This document shows positions 25,046 through 38,671 of a DNA stretch of 64,000 nt, one piece after another. The notes beneath the pieces were generated by a model. It made no database searches, had not been told where the DNA came from, and saw only the letters and a list, made by a program, of their open reading frames with translations. Position 1 is the first letter of the stretch; each line of letters begins with the position of its first letter. The DNA comes from Tubiluchus corallicola (Eukaryota > Animalia > Priapulida), in NCBI GenBank assembly GCA_030141605.1, contig JAQGDQ010000483.1, positions 62,001 through 126,000 on the forward strand. The letters run 5' to 3'. The translations under genes were made by a program, and so were the position numbers.

Positions 25046-28000
25046 AAACAGCATCTGTAGATATTTATCATGGCATATCGTAGCTGGCTTTCATATATTA
25101 TAAAAGTGCCAAACAGATTACGTAAAACATGTATTCAATACCATTTCACCATTGTACCTCTATCAAACACTTGAATTGTGATTGCATAACACGAATGGGC
25201 CTGTTTCCACTATCATGCTTTGCAGTATTAGCAGCAGTGATACCATTACAGAGGCCTTAATTCTGTTATCCCCCACCCCCACCGAGACACTACATAACGG
25301 TCATAACCCCATCTAGTTTGCACTTCAGAGCTTCTATTACTCCCCCTACCGAGAGGTTACATAACCCCATCTTGCTTGCCTATATTCATTCATTCATCAC
25401 CCTGCAGTGTTTAACTTTTCACGCCTTCGATGATGTTCAGTTTGCTCTTTCACTACGTATATATAAGCATGTGGTAATGCAAGGGTGGCCTTGTTTACTA
25501 TATCAGCCATGTTAAGATACGCATCTCAGTTTGGTTTTATAAACCAGGCCGCTTAAATTACTCAACCCTGAACCGTCTGACTTCTCTGTCCAACTCTGAC
25601 CCTGATGGGTCGCAGATAATCCTTGAAATCACTAGTGTTAAGTCGACGCTCGTGCTAATGACCTCTGTCGAGTTCATGCTATTTTTGGGACATTCATAAC
25701 TGACCTGAAGTCTCTCATTCAGAATATCATGTTGATTAGCAGTCACAGAAAACTTCATTTTAAAAATTGTTGGGTGTTTGTTTTTAGTATTTGAAATGTT
25801 GCAGTGTATTTATTGTTTTTGTTTATTTATTGTTTTTCCCAGCTTTTACTTCCCTTAATTTTCTGAATAATTAGATAGTTCCAAGCTTATCCATTTGCAA
25901 GCTATGTTTTTTACCTATATTTACCTAACACAAGCTATATCCCCTACTGGTGTGCATTTTAGCGCGTTGTTTGTCAATTGCTTCTTTCTCTATTATAGTC
26001 ATTTTTTTATTTTAAATTATTATTGTGCTTTCTATAACTTTTTTGGAAATCAACATGAAAAGAGAGACCAACTTCTTAAGGGGGTATTAGTCTGTAATCC
26101 TTTGTTTAATTACCAGTGTTTGGCAGAGCTTCTTAAATGGATTTTTGTCTCATTGCTGCCTTAAAGTTGCTTGTCTGAAGAGACAAATATTGTCAGAACA
26201 ATGATAGCTGAATGGCCACAGTTTGTGCTCATCGACCGAAGTTGAGCAGCTCCTACACCAGCTAGTAAAGTGATCAGTGAGCAAGAGGAAAAATGGCTTC
26301 TGTTTGGTTTAAAATGTTTCTACATATTGACTTCGTCGTGTTAGCTTCTTCTATTTCTGTCATTTCAGGTCGGACGCACACTCATACGTTATATGACTAT
26401 GTCTGTCTCGTATCTGAGAGGATTATCTTTGAACCACCCACATTAAGCAGTGCGCGTCATTGGGCCCTGGATAACTGCTTGCAGTGTGCTTAAAAAGTTC
26501 AAACGATTGGCTGGTCAAACGTATCCATTACGCCACTATTACGTTCTACAAGTTTTTTTACTAACTGCTTTCCTATATGCTTTCTTTCACCTTCTCGACT
26601 TTGGCCTCGAGGTCCGGTGACTGCATTTCACCTGTTTTTATTAATGAAACACGAAAAAGTCAATTCATGAACACTTCCCGATTAATGCGAGTGACAGCCA
26701 GATTGGTTAACTATGACTTACGGATAACATATCTGCGGTTTGACACGATCTTAATCATTTTAGCTTTGTCTTTTTGAAGTGAACAAGGATTCAGATGCTT
26801 GACCTTGGTCCAGACTCTACTTACGTCTCTTCATTATTCCTTTCCTTCCTCTTGGATTTACCCAAACTAATTAAGATGCCGGGCACGTTTTGCCATTCCG
26901 GGCTCGTGAGCAGTCTCATTTACTGGAGAAATAAATGACTTCAAATCATTGCTTCTTGTCCAGAGACAATGTGCGCCTGATTGGACAAAAATATCAAGGA
27001 AACCCTCCAATAATAGCCCATTGCCTGGTGTAGGGAAGTTGTTACTCATGATGTAATGAAGATTCTTTAGTTATTCTTTAATGGCTGGCTAACATTGGAC
27101 ACAGCATAAAACACACATATTAAATTTTTTTCTAGGTTAGTTGCTATTACGCAGGATTCGTTAAATTTACATCCTGCAAGTCGCTTGATTTATTTCACTT
27201 CGCATTTATTACCCATGTTTGCTTAGATATTGAAGCTATGGTCCCTAACGTGAGAGATATTCTGATGTTAAAATGTCTCGTGTTTATCTCTTATACCCGA
27301 TAACTCATTAAATGTTAGAGGTTCAGGTTAACTGTTTACTGTCAGTAGTGTGACCAGCATTATAGTTTGTAACCGGTCAGCATACCGAATAGTCACTTCA
27401 ATTCTTATTTATTACCAATCATCGCCCTAAGTAAAGCCAGCACTGTGTCATAATTACGTAACAATGAAAGCAGCTTAGCAGTATCATAGTTTGTGGTGGA
27501 TTGGCCGTCAAAGCACTAAACCCGAGCCGACTATCATTTGTGTCCAGGTTTAACCCTTTAATCTGGGGATGAGCAAGCTTCTTTTTCTTATGCAAATGTC
27601 TTCGCCCCATCTAGCGTGATGGTACGCCGAGCGGGGAATACAGTTGGAGGAGCCGATTTACTGACAGACGTGACCTCTACATCGACGATTACCCGGATAA
27701 TTACGCAATCGAAGATGTGTCATATTACCTGTTTGACGTAAACGCTGTCTCAAGACAATAACTAAGCACGTCACTCCTTGTAGCAATTTTATAGATTAAA
27801 GACTCTGAACCTATATTCTCTTTTTATCGTGTGAAGTAGAAGAGTTGAACAAGTTCAAAACGTCCTGAGAGGTATTTTGAACTTCTGGTTGCCGTGGCAA
27901 CGGCGTACTTGTCTGCTTGTGAGCGGTTCAAATAAACATGGGAATTGCGTTTTAAACAAGAGAAATAAAACGGTTGTCTATGTAAAGTGCTTATACAAAT

Positions 28001-28244
28001 GCTGATGGTATCTCTTCGTGATTGTTTAAAATGATTTTTACCCTTTATAGTGGAATTCTATGCCCGTGGGTTTATATATCGTGGTGATACGATCTGCATA
28101 TGACTTACTGCAGGGGGTTTGCGATGTTATCCAGAGTCACTGCTGAAATGAAATGGTTGGTGAATGAAGTGAATTGAATTCTTTACTGTAATAAATTAGG
28201 CTGACAAACTGTGGCGAATCAGGACAAATTCCATGCTGCTGTAG

Positions 28245-28520
28245 ATTCAATTCAATTCAAATTTGTATTTTGGTAACTAAGACCATATAAAATACAAATA
28301 CAGTACTAAAATGAAATGAAATACAATGAAATAAAAATTACAAGAGCAAATTGGTAATTAAAATTTGTAAATGGTAAAAAAAGAGTATGTATGCCTAGCA
28401 AATCAGTTTAGGCCATCGGGATGTTCTCATTTAAGAAGTTACCAATATTAGGGGTGAACATTAGGAATTAATTTCGCTAGACCCAGCGCGGTATAGCTTT
28501 AACACCTTCTCGGAATAGTT
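28245..28520 (-). mobile_element. Probable LINE 3' UTR with (TTGAA)n tail
   Basis: attcaattcaattcaa followed by an A-rich stretch, the usual appearance of an antisense LINE tail. Confidence 0.45.
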
Positions 28521-28547
28521 TATTCCTTACAGAATGCATCTAAATGG

Positions 28548-28800
28548 CTGTTAGCGTTCCCCAAGGGTCATTCGTTGTGCCTCTTGTATATAAAATCATG
28601 TTCGCATTCTTTTCGATGGGCTGGGTTAAACACTTTTGTTGCTCGTGATTGTGACTGTAGACGCTTTTATTACTTCTGATAAGACTGTAGAACCATTTAT
28701 TGTTCAAGATGAGATTGCAAAGAACTTTGAAATGCCGCTTGCACAGAGTGTAAAATCTCCGAACAAGCCTAGTAATCAGTTAAAGGCTTAACATGACATT
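28548..28800 (+). mobile_element. Degenerate reverse transcriptase fragment
   Basis: VSVPQGSFVVPLVY (cf. SGVPQGSVLGPLLF), with RLQRTL downstream. Confidence 0.55.
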
Positions 28801-29487
28801 TTAAACTTTTCACTGCAGTTTTTATTGGGGGGGGGATACATAGACAAAAACCCGTACTCTTAGTGAAGGCTGAGAAAGTTGCAATGAAAATTTTGTGGAC
28901 ATTATTTATGTGCTTTGATTATCACTTTTACCATTTGAAAATAAAATAAAATAATGCAATGTTCACCTACTTTGTGGGTTTGGCATGAGACTCCAGCAGT
29001 CAACGGCAGGGCGTATTTAATAGTATAAATTATTGTGGCAGCACCGAGATGTAGCTCCGCTATCAAGAGTAATCCTTTAATGAGACACTGAATCACTAGA
29101 AGTGTTCTACGTACTGATGTATATTTTCTTTAAACAAAAACTGGCGGAGGGCAGATGAAAACTAACAGAAGGCACCCGTACCGTAAACTACCTTTCTGTT
29201 AACTATTCAAACCCAGCACTCCTAACGTTTCAATCACGTACCGTGACCACTCAGTTATAAACACTCTCGCCAACTTACATATTGTTCTTTATTTGTAGTT
29301 GTAGTTACTGAAAGCCATGCAGAATTGTATTGTTACCTAATTTTGTTTTCTTTTTTCTTTCATGTTTGCTGCTCTTCCATTGGACAATATCACAAATTCA
29401 CTATCAATAACTGAATGTACAGGTAAGTAAAAGGTTGTGCATACTGCCTTCTTTATATTGCTGTCTTTTGAAGCTGTTAAAGCTTAA

Positions 29488-29734
29488 TTAAGATGGTGAG
29501 AACATCTTCTAAGATTACCAAATGAAGCATCAGTAAGAATTGCCTTAAAAGACATTGCAAAAACCACCTGGCAAACCTAAAACAACTTGGATAGCTAAGA
29601 TAAATAAATAGCTAAAATGTTCAACCAAATCTATCTTTAGGGTTAGAACTTACGCTGTTAGAAGTGGGTGGAATACTCTGATAAATGTTGATACATGCCA
29701 ACAATAGGTGGAATGAGATTTTGAAGAAGAAGAA
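29488..29734 (+). mobile_element. RTE-clade LINE 3' fragment with (GAA)n tail
   Basis: LRW*EHLLRLPNEASVRIALK / PPGKPKTTWIAKINK / RSGWNTLI matches RLRWFGHLLR...RPxGRPKTTW...DR..W; ends gaagaagaagaa. Confidence 0.8.
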
Positions 29735-32079
29735 CGCTCAATTCTTTTGTTTTTGCCAAAAAGGTGGTTAGCATCCTTTTACTGCATATCAATGACAGCA
29801 GAGTTAAGATTCTATGATTGCCATTGTTCCCCATTGGCGTTTCATCTGGAAATATGGTTAGGAGTGACCAGTATCTTTCAAATTTCTCTCTTCTTCAGCA
29901 AACGACTTCGAACGTTTGCGTCTCTATTTCTCCCTCCTTTTTGCCTGATTTTCTTCTATCGCCCCCATACGTCCGCTTAAGAAAGAAAACATTTTCAAAA
30001 TGTGATCGTAGAGCAGAAACCGACCACCACTTGCCATTGTGCTATTCTTACACTTTTATCTGGAATGTAAAGCTTCAACAATAAGTGTGCATTTATACAC
30101 CCTCAAGACGGGTCTTACAATGGCGTTTATTTTTGCACATGGACGCGTCTTTTCATGCTGAACGCTCTCTTGTGGCTGTACGTGATATTGCTAATCTGAG
30201 CAACAACAGTTTGTTGTGGGTTGGCAGACTTCCTATGACAAAAGCGAAACTAGTTTGTATAAAGTACTTAATATTGTGCCCCTGTTAGACGCAAGTCACT
30301 AGTGATATCTTTGACAGCCAGGCGCTAATTGATAATCGATTGTTCATTATCATAATTGACCATTTTGTTTTACCAATTGATAATTTAAATGTGAATGATC
30401 AGTGCTGAGGAGTGAGGAGTCCCAGTCAGTGTGGAGAAAGATTTGGTGATGTGAACGTGCATAGGTTTAGCAAAGCAGTTTTTATTGCGTGTTTAAGTGT
30501 GCACATGTTTATTTTGCTTCAATAAAAACGTAAATGTGAACGCGCCATTATTTTAGCTGAAACATCAACTAATTGCAGTTCAAATTTTTTCGCCCTAATA
30601 CTTACATGAGACAATCAACTAGGATCATGTACTGTACATAGCTGTGATTTAGCCTATTTTTTTAAATGACGTGGATTCGAAGATCTTTCAGACGTTTTAT
30701 CACAAGTTATGATGGTATGTAAAATAAATGTACTGAAAATGTTAAGATGCGAGTTTTTATACCCGCTGCTGTTTGTATGATCAGTCATCGTGTATCAGTA
30801 TTATATATGTGTACATATGTGTAATCATTAGAACTAGAATGTTTAAAAACAGATCGTATGGTACTCTGGTATGTCTCGTTATTTTGTTCTTTATTAACGT
30901 TTTTACTTATTAAGTGTTGGGGGTGTTAAGGTTGGCTTCTTTTGGCGAATCGTTATGGTGGTATTGAAATTCTCCAATTTTTTGTTCAATTCAAGCGATT
31001 TTCTTCATAATGTTCACGTTGAGATTTGATGATCGTCAGCAAACTGCCTGGAAAAGCTTTTCCCATTTTCTACGAGATAATATGCGGAAGCTGCTGTAAG
31101 ATTGATTCCACGTTGCCTAGCTGTGTACGTGCGCCCTTCTCCAGATGCTTATTGTATTCCTAGGCTGCGCTATAGCGTGAAATGAGCACGCTTTGCACAT
31201 GCACGGCGCGCACGCACAGTCTCGCGTTTATTTCTGAATCATTTGCGCTGGGCCTCAGACTGAGTCCGGCCGTTAGCTGCAGTTTTAAACGTCTCCTGCG
31301 TCTTTCCACAACTGAAAATCTGTGTAAAACAACAGATTTACACGTACGATTCTGTAATTGCTGGAAATTTTTCAACTTGTCTTCGGCGCTTTCGGTTTTC
31401 TGCGCCTGGTGAAAGTATTTCACTGTTTTTGTGGCCGCTGCCTGATTGTGTAGTGTTAGCTGATTCCTTGTTTTGCTGTGTGAAAAACCGCAGTGTGTAA
31501 GTTTTGTACGCTGGCTACCGAGTGCTTGCTGATCAAGTGGCACGTTTTGGATAAGAATAAAGAAATTTAGTGGTAAGAATGTTATTTTTACAATGTACAC
31601 TTTAGTCTAGAATTTTAGCGCATCTTTGTTTTCCAGTATGTCACCCTTTTTCGTTATTCATACTTCTGAAATTATTCTAGCATTTTACTAGGACAAGGTA
31701 ACTTTAAAGATTTTCTTTTTAAAATTGGATACATACATGAAAATGCCTGTATATGTTCAGAGGAAGCACAAACAGTTGAACATTTGCTTTTTAATTGTAC
31801 TCTGGTCGATGAAAATAAAAGATTCGCGCTCGCAAATATCCTACAATCTCAGAACATTAGTAAAATTTATACCGCCCGTAACAAAAACCTGCTAGATGCT
31901 TTCACTGAGTTAGTATGTGATTCGTTTTTACAAACTTTAGCGTAAAATATTAAACTTTGCGTAACAGAACAAATCTGTAGACATCTAATTTTTCTGTTTC
32001 AAGTCACTTTTATATTATACAGGTCGTTTTGTGTAAACTAGTACTAATTGATTATAGTTGCTCTTTTATATTATTTTGA

Positions 32080-32252
32080 GGTACGAAATCCGTGATTTAT
32101 TGGTATATAAAGGTCTTACGAATGTAACAGCTATTTATTTACATGCTAATAGATGACCCTGCTAATAGAGGGTCAGTGTATGTATTTTATCTAAATATTT
32201 GTATATGTGTATAATTTTAAATTTTAAATAAAGAATTATAATAATAATAATG
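32080..32252 (+). mobile_element. LINE/SINE 3' end with stem-loop and (ATA)n tail
   Basis: TGACCCT-gctaatag-AGGGTCA hairpin (32154-32175), AATAAA, then ataataataataa. Confidence 0.5.
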
Positions 32253-32339
32253 AAATCGTTGAGTATCATGCGAAATCGGTGAAATCGACAAGTCCTTAGA
32301 CCTAACCGCACTTATTTTCAACTCTCATTATTTTATTCT

Positions 32340-32601
32340 TTATAATCCTTAATTTAAAAAGCTGGAACAGATATTGCTCTTAAGTCATTTTCTTTTTTCG
32401 TTGCTGAATTATACAATGTTTAACTGTGATTTTTGTATAAGTATACTATTGTATCTTAATATTTGTCTATAAAAATAACTTTGCATAAAGCCTATAATAA
32501 TTATTTTAGTTTATGTAGCATTTGACATGTGTGTTATAATATTATTGCTTCGCCAATGTATGTTGTGTTCATGCAAATAAAATTGAATTGAGTTGAATTG
32601 A
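32340..32601 (+). mobile_element. Probable LINE 3' UTR with (AATTG)n tail
   Basis: aataaaattgaattgagttgaattg after an AT-rich UTR-like stretch. Confidence 0.45.
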
Positions 32602-34157
32602 TAGCTTTATTTAACTCATTTTAGTTCTATAGGTTTTACAACCTCAGCTAAGTAGTGCTATTAATAATTTATAAGTCGTCACACCTGTCATCACATCGTA
32701 CATTGTTTATGTCCGACATATCACGAGTAACATAGTTTAGAGTTTTATCGCTAAACAATATACTCGCTACAAATAATAAAGCTTACCTAATTACGTAGTA
32801 CCAGATTGTACAATGTACGCAAAGAAAGTGCTCGTAATCTAGCTAATTAAGATTCTTGCATTTATTACGTTACAAAACCTACCTCTTATTCGCTTTTGTC
32901 TAATTCTGCAAAAGAAGCAGGCTGCAAGGCTAGGAATTAGTATTTCTTACGTAGGTGAAGAATTTTTAACTACCGGCCCTTTCATTTTCGAACAATGGCC
33001 ATAAACTGCTACATCGGGTCTGTAATTGCATCATTGACTCGGACTTCTGTGCAATGAAACTACGGAACTTGTGAATATTCTGCTTCGATTTAGTGTTTGG
33101 CCAATAAAAGCGCTCAAAAATCTCGTTATTTTGTCCTGATTCTGACGAATTGACTATTTTGTCCTGGGTCTGAATTACTCCCGATTACTTACTGAATTAC
33201 TACGGTTTCGTGTCTGTTTGGAGTTTTTACATGCATCTACTTCTCCTAGTAACAAGCCGTGTATAAACTTAGCATGGTTCAAAACCGATCTTTTAGGTCT
33301 AATGGTGCCAGTTTCTGGAATGCCTCCCCCCCCATGCAATCAGGTCTTGCGAAGGTTTTGAAAACTTTAGACTTCTTTTAAAGACGAATTTATTCATGGA
33401 AGCGTATATTTGAAAACAGTTTTGGAATCTATAACCAAGCTAAATTTTATTGTTATTACCATGACTGAAGTATGTAGTTTTACTGTGATGTTCACCTTTC
33501 ATAATGTAATCTAATCTGAAGTGACAATAATTTTTCGTCTTGGCAATAATTTTTTTCTATATTTTAGCTTTGCTAAATTTTGCTTGTGAAGTTTTGAAAA
33601 AGTATTTAGCTGTTATAAATCGTCATTTTAATATTAGTTTTATGTATATTTTCTTTACAATGTTCAAGCACATATTTATATTGATTTCGTGCAGTACGTT
33701 AATAAATAAACTAAACTTATAGGGAAAATTATACATGTCTGATTAAAAGAAAACTGCAATCTTATCAAAATAATCAGATACGTGTGTATCTGTTTTGCTT
33801 ATATATACATTATTTCTGTCTATGTTTAATTAAGAGTCTTAAAGCAACATAAACTCTGTCTTTCCGTGAAGCTGAGCAGACTATTTCCTGGAGCGTTTAC
33901 AGACTTAACGTATTTAAACATTTACGGGAAGCCTATGTCCTCCACGCGCTGCAGCTCTGTAGACTATTTGAAGCCATACTGCATGCTGGTATGGTTGTAT
34001 AGTTGATCAATCACCCGGTCTCTCACTCTCTGGAGGAAACTGCTGTGTAAACCTTGTCATGCTGTGTGATATGAACCGTCATTTCATGCTTTGGACACGA
34101 GATATGAGCGGCTTGCTTCCATCCTGGGGAGATCGCAATTATCCCAGGATCTTTTTA

Positions 34158-34548
34158 CAATAAGCCTTTACACAGTTCCAGCGATTGATGGTGATCGTGA
34201 AAAGATCAAACGTACCAGATGTACCAGACAACGCATTTGTACACGCTTGACAACGCCTCGCAGTCCATGCTGTTGTAATAGTAACACTTTTGACAGCTAG
34301 CTAGAGCTTTACCTAGTTTATTTTTTCTTGTTCCCAAGCAAAATCCTGTTACTAAGTCGTTCTATGCACAGACTAATGCATAATTAAGTAAAGTCCACGT
34401 TACTAAACTAATGTGGCTTAGGCAGACGGCTTTGCTTTACATGCATCACACGTGACGGTTGTAGTTAAGACGCGTTCCTTTAGTACACTTAACATTTGAC
34501 TTGCAGCAACTGCACGTGCGCACAATGATTCTGCGAAAAGGCTCATTG
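34158..34548. mobile_element. MITE copy 1 with about 18-bp TIRs
   Basis: Left CAATAAGCCTTTACACAG, right CTGCGAAAAGGCTCATTG; colinear with 36020-36336. Confidence 0.85.
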
Positions 34549-34613
34549 CGTGTGTGTGTGTGGGGGGGGGGGGTGTTTGTATATATATTGTATGCTTCTA
34601 GCGTTTATTAATA

Positions 34614-34635
34614 CACTTTTTTGGAACACCCTGTA
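34614..34635 (-). mobile_element. Solitary Tc1/mariner-like terminal inverted repeat
   Basis: Reverse complement reads TA-CAGGGTGTTCCAAAAAAGTG, a typical Tc1/mariner terminus beside a TA; no partner seen. Confidence 0.4.
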
Positions 34636-35474
34636 CTTTCTAATGGCGGTCCCCCAGTAGTTTTCCTTTAATTGGTTTCACTTTTCGCTTGGCTAATTTT
34701 GTTTTATTTAAATTAAATAGAGTCTGACGCAAATGCATGTCTGAGCATGCTTGGCGTCATCCAAGATGGTTTCTAAATAAACGCAGTCAACAAATAATGT
34801 AATTTAAGTAAACAGCGTCTCTCTGTTTTCCCTGAAACTAAGCCATTCGAATATAACAACATTTTAAGAAGTGTTTTAGTTTGTCTTGTGTTTTTTCCTA
34901 TGTGTTGTAAATATCGCAAGATCTTTGTTTTTATTCTAATAAATCTGCCTTCTGTAGATGAAGCCAATAGGCAGACACATGGCCTATAATTTCTGGCTTC
35001 GCGTTACCAACTGTTCCGAAAATCCGCACCATGGCGCCGTAAATGCATTACCGCACGACAGGTGGCGTCGTAGTTCGTGATCACGTGACAGACTGTGCGT
35101 GTTTTGCGCTCGCAAGAACACGCACTCGTGTATGACGCGCAACGAGTTTTTGTTTTGTGAAGCCACTCGAATCAGGCTAACTGAAATGAGTAATCTCAGG
35201 TATCAGCGTCTCGTAATTACTTTCTAAATTTGCTCTAGGCGTTATGTAACTGCACATGCGCACTAGGGTATTAGGAGAAATGGAAACTCAGCTGTATACG
35301 AAGAATAGCTAAAGGGAAGTTTCTTTACTTATGTCTTATATTTAAATGTTTGAAATAAATGTATTGGTTTTCTGTTTGAGTAATGTTTCTTGACTGTAGT
35401 GCTGCTTGAATATGACGTCACCGCTTGTCATATGTTTGTCGTAACGCCACAAAATTCTTCCTGCTTCCTCCCAG

Positions 35475-35481
35475 CCCCCCC

Positions 35482-35520
<39 letters not shown>

Positions 35521-35524
35521 CTCT
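35475..35524. repeat. Poly-C plus (CT)n microsatellite
   Basis: Directly visible. Confidence 0.95.
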
Positions 35525-36019
35525 GTAGTGTGCTATAAATAAACAAATATTTAGAACTTTTTCTATGAACCTCAGCTGTTGCCGCGCTAACAGTTTACCC
35601 ACATATTTTCTATCTTTAACAAAAAGCGTATGCATTGCATTGCGCATTGCGCTTGTATGTCTCAATTTTTCCCTTTACAGCGTTTCTTCTAGGCTGTTAT
35701 TATGAATTCAGAACCCACATTTTGCTCGTGTTTTTTCAAACCCTTGGGGCTTAACTCTTTACAGAGATGGTCCATACTGGTTTGACAGAGCATATGGGTC
35801 GTATTAAATGTAATAAAACATCGGCGGCATCTTCATATTATATTGTTCCCTGAGGGCAACATGATAAAATGCAATGATTGGGTGAAGTGACTTGGTACAG
35901 ATATTGTGTGTAAGTTGTGTCAGTATTGCCGCTTGCTTGCTACCTTTTAACGTCTTCTGCGAATTGTTTTAAAAACATAGTTGTAATATACAAAGAAAAA
36001 ATTTAATACTTTTCGACCT

Positions 36020-36336
36020 AATAAGCCTTTTCACAGTTCCAGCGATTGATGATGATCGCGAAACGGTCAAAGATTAGTGTACCAGGCAATGCATTTGTGT
36101 GCACTTGACAACGCCTCGTAGCCCATACTATTGTAATAGTAACCGTTTCAACAGCTTGCTAGAACCTTGCCTAGTTCATTTTTTCCTGCTTCCAAGCAAG
36201 ATACTGCTCGTAAAGTCCACGTAAAACAACTGAAGTGTGCTGAGCTGATATGGCAGACTTCTGCTGTGGTGTGCGCTTAACCTTTGACCTACAGCAAGTG
36301 CGCGTGCGCACAACGAAACTACGAAAAGGCTTATTG
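36020..36336. mobile_element. MITE copy 2, internally shorter
   Basis: Left AATAAGCCTTTTCACAG, right CTACGAAAAGGCTTATTG; lacks internal segments present in copy 1. Confidence 0.85.
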
Positions 36337-37456
36337 TACAAGTCTGAATTTTGCTGATGCTGTACTTGACAGAGGGGCGCCACTGGACCATTTGTGTTGC
36401 TTTACAGATGAAATTAAACTTGCTAATCTGTTAATTAATCAATTTAGCCTGCCTAACTGTCAGCTACAGATTTTAACTGCGATAATCCAGAATTCTTTCG
36501 GATTTATCAGAGCTAAAATCTATAGTTAAAGGGCACTTATAGTGAAATAGTTATTACTGGCCCAGATTTAACTGTGCTTTAATCAGGCCTCTGTAGTGTC
36601 TTTCTGACTAATTATTTGTACCCATAACTCGCTAATTCGTTACCTGCTAGATTCAATTAATATTTGCACGCACTAGACCTATTATTTAATTTCCTGTAGG
36701 CGCCTTGTCAGCGGAAACAATGCCTACCGTAGATTAATACATTATATTACGGGCAGAGATTTGCATGACTTTGTGGTAATTAACCGAAATGCCACTTTAA
36801 TTACCGAGATCACGCAATTCGCATATTGAAGAATATTGCTGTGGCGTTCACATTGGACCTGTGTGTTCATCATCACTCTGGTTCTTTAGTTTCTGACTGG
36901 TTTTATAAACGCAGAACTACTGTGAAAATAATTACCATTTTGTCTCCAAATTAAGATAAGATTTAATTCCTTAATTGTGCATTGAAACGTTTGGTCTAAT
37001 AAATCATTAATTGCTAACCAGGATGAGAGAGATGCTAATCACGTTTAGAAATGAACGTGGGTTAGTCTGCCTCACTTTTGCCCACTATTTTTTCTGAATC
37101 TCTTGTGTGTAGTATAATAAGTTACTAATAAATTTTAACGTTTACAAGTCAGTTTTTGACGAAACAGATCTACCATTATATGAGTCACTGTACTGGTCAA
37201 CATTGATGGGTCATGGATATGGGTCGGGGTTGGGTCACGCCATCACGGGGGGGGGGGGGGGTTGACCCGCTTCATTTCAGCTCGGACTGAATATGTAGCT
37301 TTACTACAGTAGTAAGGATTTCCACTACTGCAGGGCCAAAACAATGGAGGTTTTTCGTTGCTTTAAGAATTTAAGAAGTATTAGGCCTGCACACTTATTT
37401 TAATACTTTTAGGTCGAGATATCGAGCAGAATCACTAGTGAAACATCGCTGTCTCA

Positions 37457-38037
37457 CTGTCCTAAAGTACTTGGACTTTGTTTCAATGCTGTGTTACTTT
37501 TGTGTAGGCTGATCTTAAAGTACATGGACTTCGTTTTGATGTTATGTTGCTTTTGCATAAGCTGGTCTTAAAGTAGCTGGGCTTTGTTTCGATGTTGTGT
37601 TGCTTTTGCATAGGCTGGTCTTAAAGTAGCTGGACTTTATTTTGATGTTATGTTGCTTTTGCATAGGCTGGTCTTAAAGTACCTGGACTTTGTTTCTATG
37701 TTATGTTGCTTTTGCATAGGTTGGTCTTAAAGTAGCTGGACTTTGTTTCGATGTATGTTTCGTTGCTTTTGCATAAGCTGGTCTTAAAGTAGCTGGACTT
37801 TGTTTTGATGTTATGTTGCTTTTGCATAGGCTGGCCTTAGAGTACCTGGACTTTGTTTCGATGTATGTTTTGTTGCTTTTGCATAAGCTGGTCTTAAAGT
37901 AGCTGGACTTTTTTGATGTTATGTTGCTTTTGCATAGGCTGGCCTTAAAGTACCTGGACTTTGTTTCGATACTGTATTGCTTTTGTATAAGCTGGACTTA
38001 AAGTACTTGGACGTTGTTTCGATGCTATGTTGCTTTG
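37457..38037. repeat. 53-bp minisatellite, about 11 units
   Basis: Unit CTGGTCTTAAAGTAGCTGGACTTTGTTTCGATGTTATGTTGCTTTTGCATAGG recurs at about 37562, 37615, 37668 and 37721, with 57-bp variants. Confidence 0.97.
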
Positions 38038-38671
38038 AAGTGTCATACTCAAAATCTCCTGGTGACATTCACCGGCTTGGAATTACTTTTACAGGACTAC
38101 CTTTAATAGTAAGCTAGGGTCCAGTCTTGCTACAACCACCTACATTGCGTACGTCTGTTGCTGGTAGCAGGACTAGCAGGAGACCAAAACCTATCTTGTG
38201 ATAGGCGAAAGTGACCTACTCCCAAACGTACAGATTTCCGTACTCTTGCTCTTAGGAGTGAGATATTCTAGTGGGTGGAAAACATTCATCAATCATACCT
38301 ACCTGTCTACCTGTGTCGCTTTACCTGCTCGTGATTGTAACAGCTCATTGTCGTCTACCTTTGATCTTTACTTTGAAGTTTCCCACCTCTCACAGTGTCG
38401 GCGTCCCGAAAGCAATGAATGAATACCTGTTGATTGATGCTGTAATGATTTAAGTAGGTAATAATACCTGCACGTATGATAAGTAATGATACCTGCGCGG
38501 ATAAAATAGATTTTTTTATAGCTATAGGCTATTTTTTAAAAAATGTGCCGTTTTCTGTTAATTAACGTGAAATTGATTTCATGCTGCTTGTGATATATGT
38601 CATGATAATTGTGACATAAGGCCGTGCAACTCTGTAGGCAGTGGGTCAACAGCATACCAAATTTTTTCAAT

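Noticed and set aside
30061-30072. miR-1 5' match TGGAATGTAAAG
   Set aside because: Only 12 nt match and there is no pre-miRNA hairpin.
33980-34004. let-7 3' half match GGTTGTATAGTT
   Set aside because: The GAGGTAG seed is missing.
37457-38037. 53-bp repeats as a CRISPR array or coding repeat
   Set aside because: No spacers, the period is not a multiple of 3, and there is no ORF.
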